DNA of 63,987 bases, filler included, from Folioceros fuciformis (taxonomy: Eukaryota), in NCBI GenBank assembly GCA_049999805.1. It is 7 parts of 7 records of this genome, joined end to end, with 100 filler letters (N's around TTAATTAATTAA, not from the genome) between each part and the next. Parts side by side here need not be neighbours in the genome. Positions count along the whole stretch, not along the records: positions 62,183 to 63,987 come from JBNGIO010005401.1; 6 more parts are not named here. One strand, 5' to 3'. The notes under the pieces were generated by a model. That model had not been told where the DNA came from. It was given only the letters and a program-made list of their open reading frames with translations, and made no database searches. The position numbers were made by a program, and so were the translations under genes. Positions 62,183-63,987 of the stretch are shown here, in pieces. How positions within the stretch are numbered: the stretch's first letter is position 1; each line of letters opens with the position of its first letter.

Positions 62183-63987
62183 TCTTATATCCTCCCTTTC
62201 AATAAATACCTTATATCTTATATCCTCCCTTACGATTCTGGTTCTCCCTCTCAATAAATATCTCATATCTTATATCCTCCCTTTCAATAAATACCTTATA
62301 TCTTATATCCTCCCATACGATCTCCCTTTCAATAAATACCTCATATCTTATATCCTCCCTTACGATCCTCCCTTTCAATAAATATTTCATATCCTCGCTT
62401 ATGATGCTTCCTTACAATTCTCCCTCCCTTTCAATATCTCATATCGTCCCTTACAATCCTCCCTTTTGATATCTCATATTCTCCCTTCCCTTTAGATATC
62501 TCATATCCTCCCTTACGGTCTTCCCTTTTAATATCTCATATCCTCCCTTATTGTCCTCCCTTTCAATATCTCATATTTTATGGGAACCCTTTCAATATCC
62601 CATATTGTATGGGAAAAGGGTTCCTCCCATGAGGATGTCCATATACGGGATAATATTTAAATTATCTCTTAAAGTATAGCCATCCTCCCTCCTAGTGATC
62701 CTTCATCTCAAGAGCAATCCCTCCTTTCAATATCTCATATCATATGGCAATGTAAAGCTAGTATGGGAATCTAAAGCAATCCTTCAATATCTCATATCAT
62801 ATGGGAATGTAAAGCTAGCATGGGAATCTAAAGCAATCCTTCTTTTCAATATCTCATATCACATGAGAATGTAAAGCTAGTATGGGAATCTAAAGCAATC
62901 CTTCTTTTCAATATCCCATATCGTTTGGGAAAAACAATCCTCCCTTTCAAGATCTCATATCATATGGGAAAGTAAAGCCAGTACAAATGGGAATCTAAAG
63001 CAATCCTTCTTTTCAATATCCCATATCGTTTGGGAAAAGCAATTTTCCTGTTTAATATCCTATATCATATGGGAATGTAAGAAGCAATCCTCGCTTTCAA
63101 TATTCCATATTGTCTGAGAATGTAAAGCAAAATCTAAAGTGATCCTCCCTTTCAATATCCTAAGTGATCCTCCCAATATCCCATATCCCATATCGTTTGG
63201 GAATGAAAACCAATCCTCCCTTTCAATGTTTGGGAATGAACACCAATCCTCCCTTTCAATGTTTGGGAATGAACACCAATCCTCCCTTTCAATATTTGGG
63301 AATGAAAATCAATGCTCCTTTTCAATATTCCGTATCATTTGGGAATGAAAATTGATCCTCCAAAATTCATCCCCCCTTTCAATATCCCTTATCATTTGGA
63401 AATGTATTCCATGTCATTTGGAAATGTATCCCATATCATTTAGGAATGTAAAGCCATCATTTGGAAATGTATCCCATGTCATTTGGAAATCTATCCCATA
63501 TCATTTGGGAATGTAAAGCCATCATTTGGAAATGTATCCCATGTCATTTGGAAATGTATCCCATATCATTTGGGAATGTAAAGCCATCATTTGGTAATGT
63601 ATCCCATGTCATTTGAAATGTATCCCATATCATTTGGGAATGTAAAGCCATCATTTGGAAATGTATCCCATATCCTTCGGAAATGTATCCTATAGGATTT
63701 GGAAATGTATCCCATAGCATTTGGAAATGTATCCCATAGCATTTGGAAATGTATCCCATAGCATTTGGAAATGTATCCCATAGCATTTGGAAATGTATCC
63801 TATAGGATTTGGAAATGTATCCTATAGGATTTGGAAATGTATCCTATAGGATTTGGAAATGTATCCTATAGGATTTGGAAATGTATCCTATAGGATTTGG
63901 AAATGTATCCATAGCATTTGGAAATGTATCCCATAGCATTTGGAAATGTATCCCATAGCATTTGGAAATGTATCCCATAGCATTTGG
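62183..63987 (+). repeat. Complex satellite array of related units, ending in 65-bp higher-order repeats and homogeneous 22-bp units (CATTTGGAAATGTATCCCATAG)
   Basis: Periods read directly: about 60 bp at 62720-63130, 33 bp at 63190-63350, 65 bp at 63390-63660, and 22 bp to the window end. Confidence 0.92.

Noticed and set aside
63139-63786. ORFs with repeated peptides (MLWDTFPN, MFGNEHQSSLS)
   Set aside because: Translations of satellite DNA.

Overview
Eukaryotic plant nuclear DNA, not prokaryotic. The window is an artificial concatenation of at least seven scaffolds joined by N44-TTAATTAATTAA-N44 linkers, so neighbours across a linker are not physically linked. Ciliary genes (DRC5/TCTE1, WDR19/IFT144) point to a plant with flagellated sperm. 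PLS-class PPR genes with DYW:KP-like and DYW:WW-like ends point more specifically to a hornwort (inference). The window holds three degenerate Ty1/copia elements, DRC5, NOB1, two PPR pseudogenes, one long intact PPR ORF, a type-B hexokinase, a small C2HC zinc-finger gene, an ML-domain lipid-binding gene, a decayed CRE-like non-LTR retrotransposon, the 3' end of WDR19 and several tandem arrays. The stand-out locus is 24107-27364 (-). It is an intronless 806-aa ORF that fuses a complete S-adenosylmethionine decarboxylase to an ornithine-decarboxylase-like domain. The ODC half keeps its catalytic motifs but lacks about 95-100 residues of the PLP barrel. Upstream sits the overlapping tiny/small uORF pair known to give polyamine-responsive control in plant SAMDC. 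All family assignments come from motifs recognised by eye; no searches were run.
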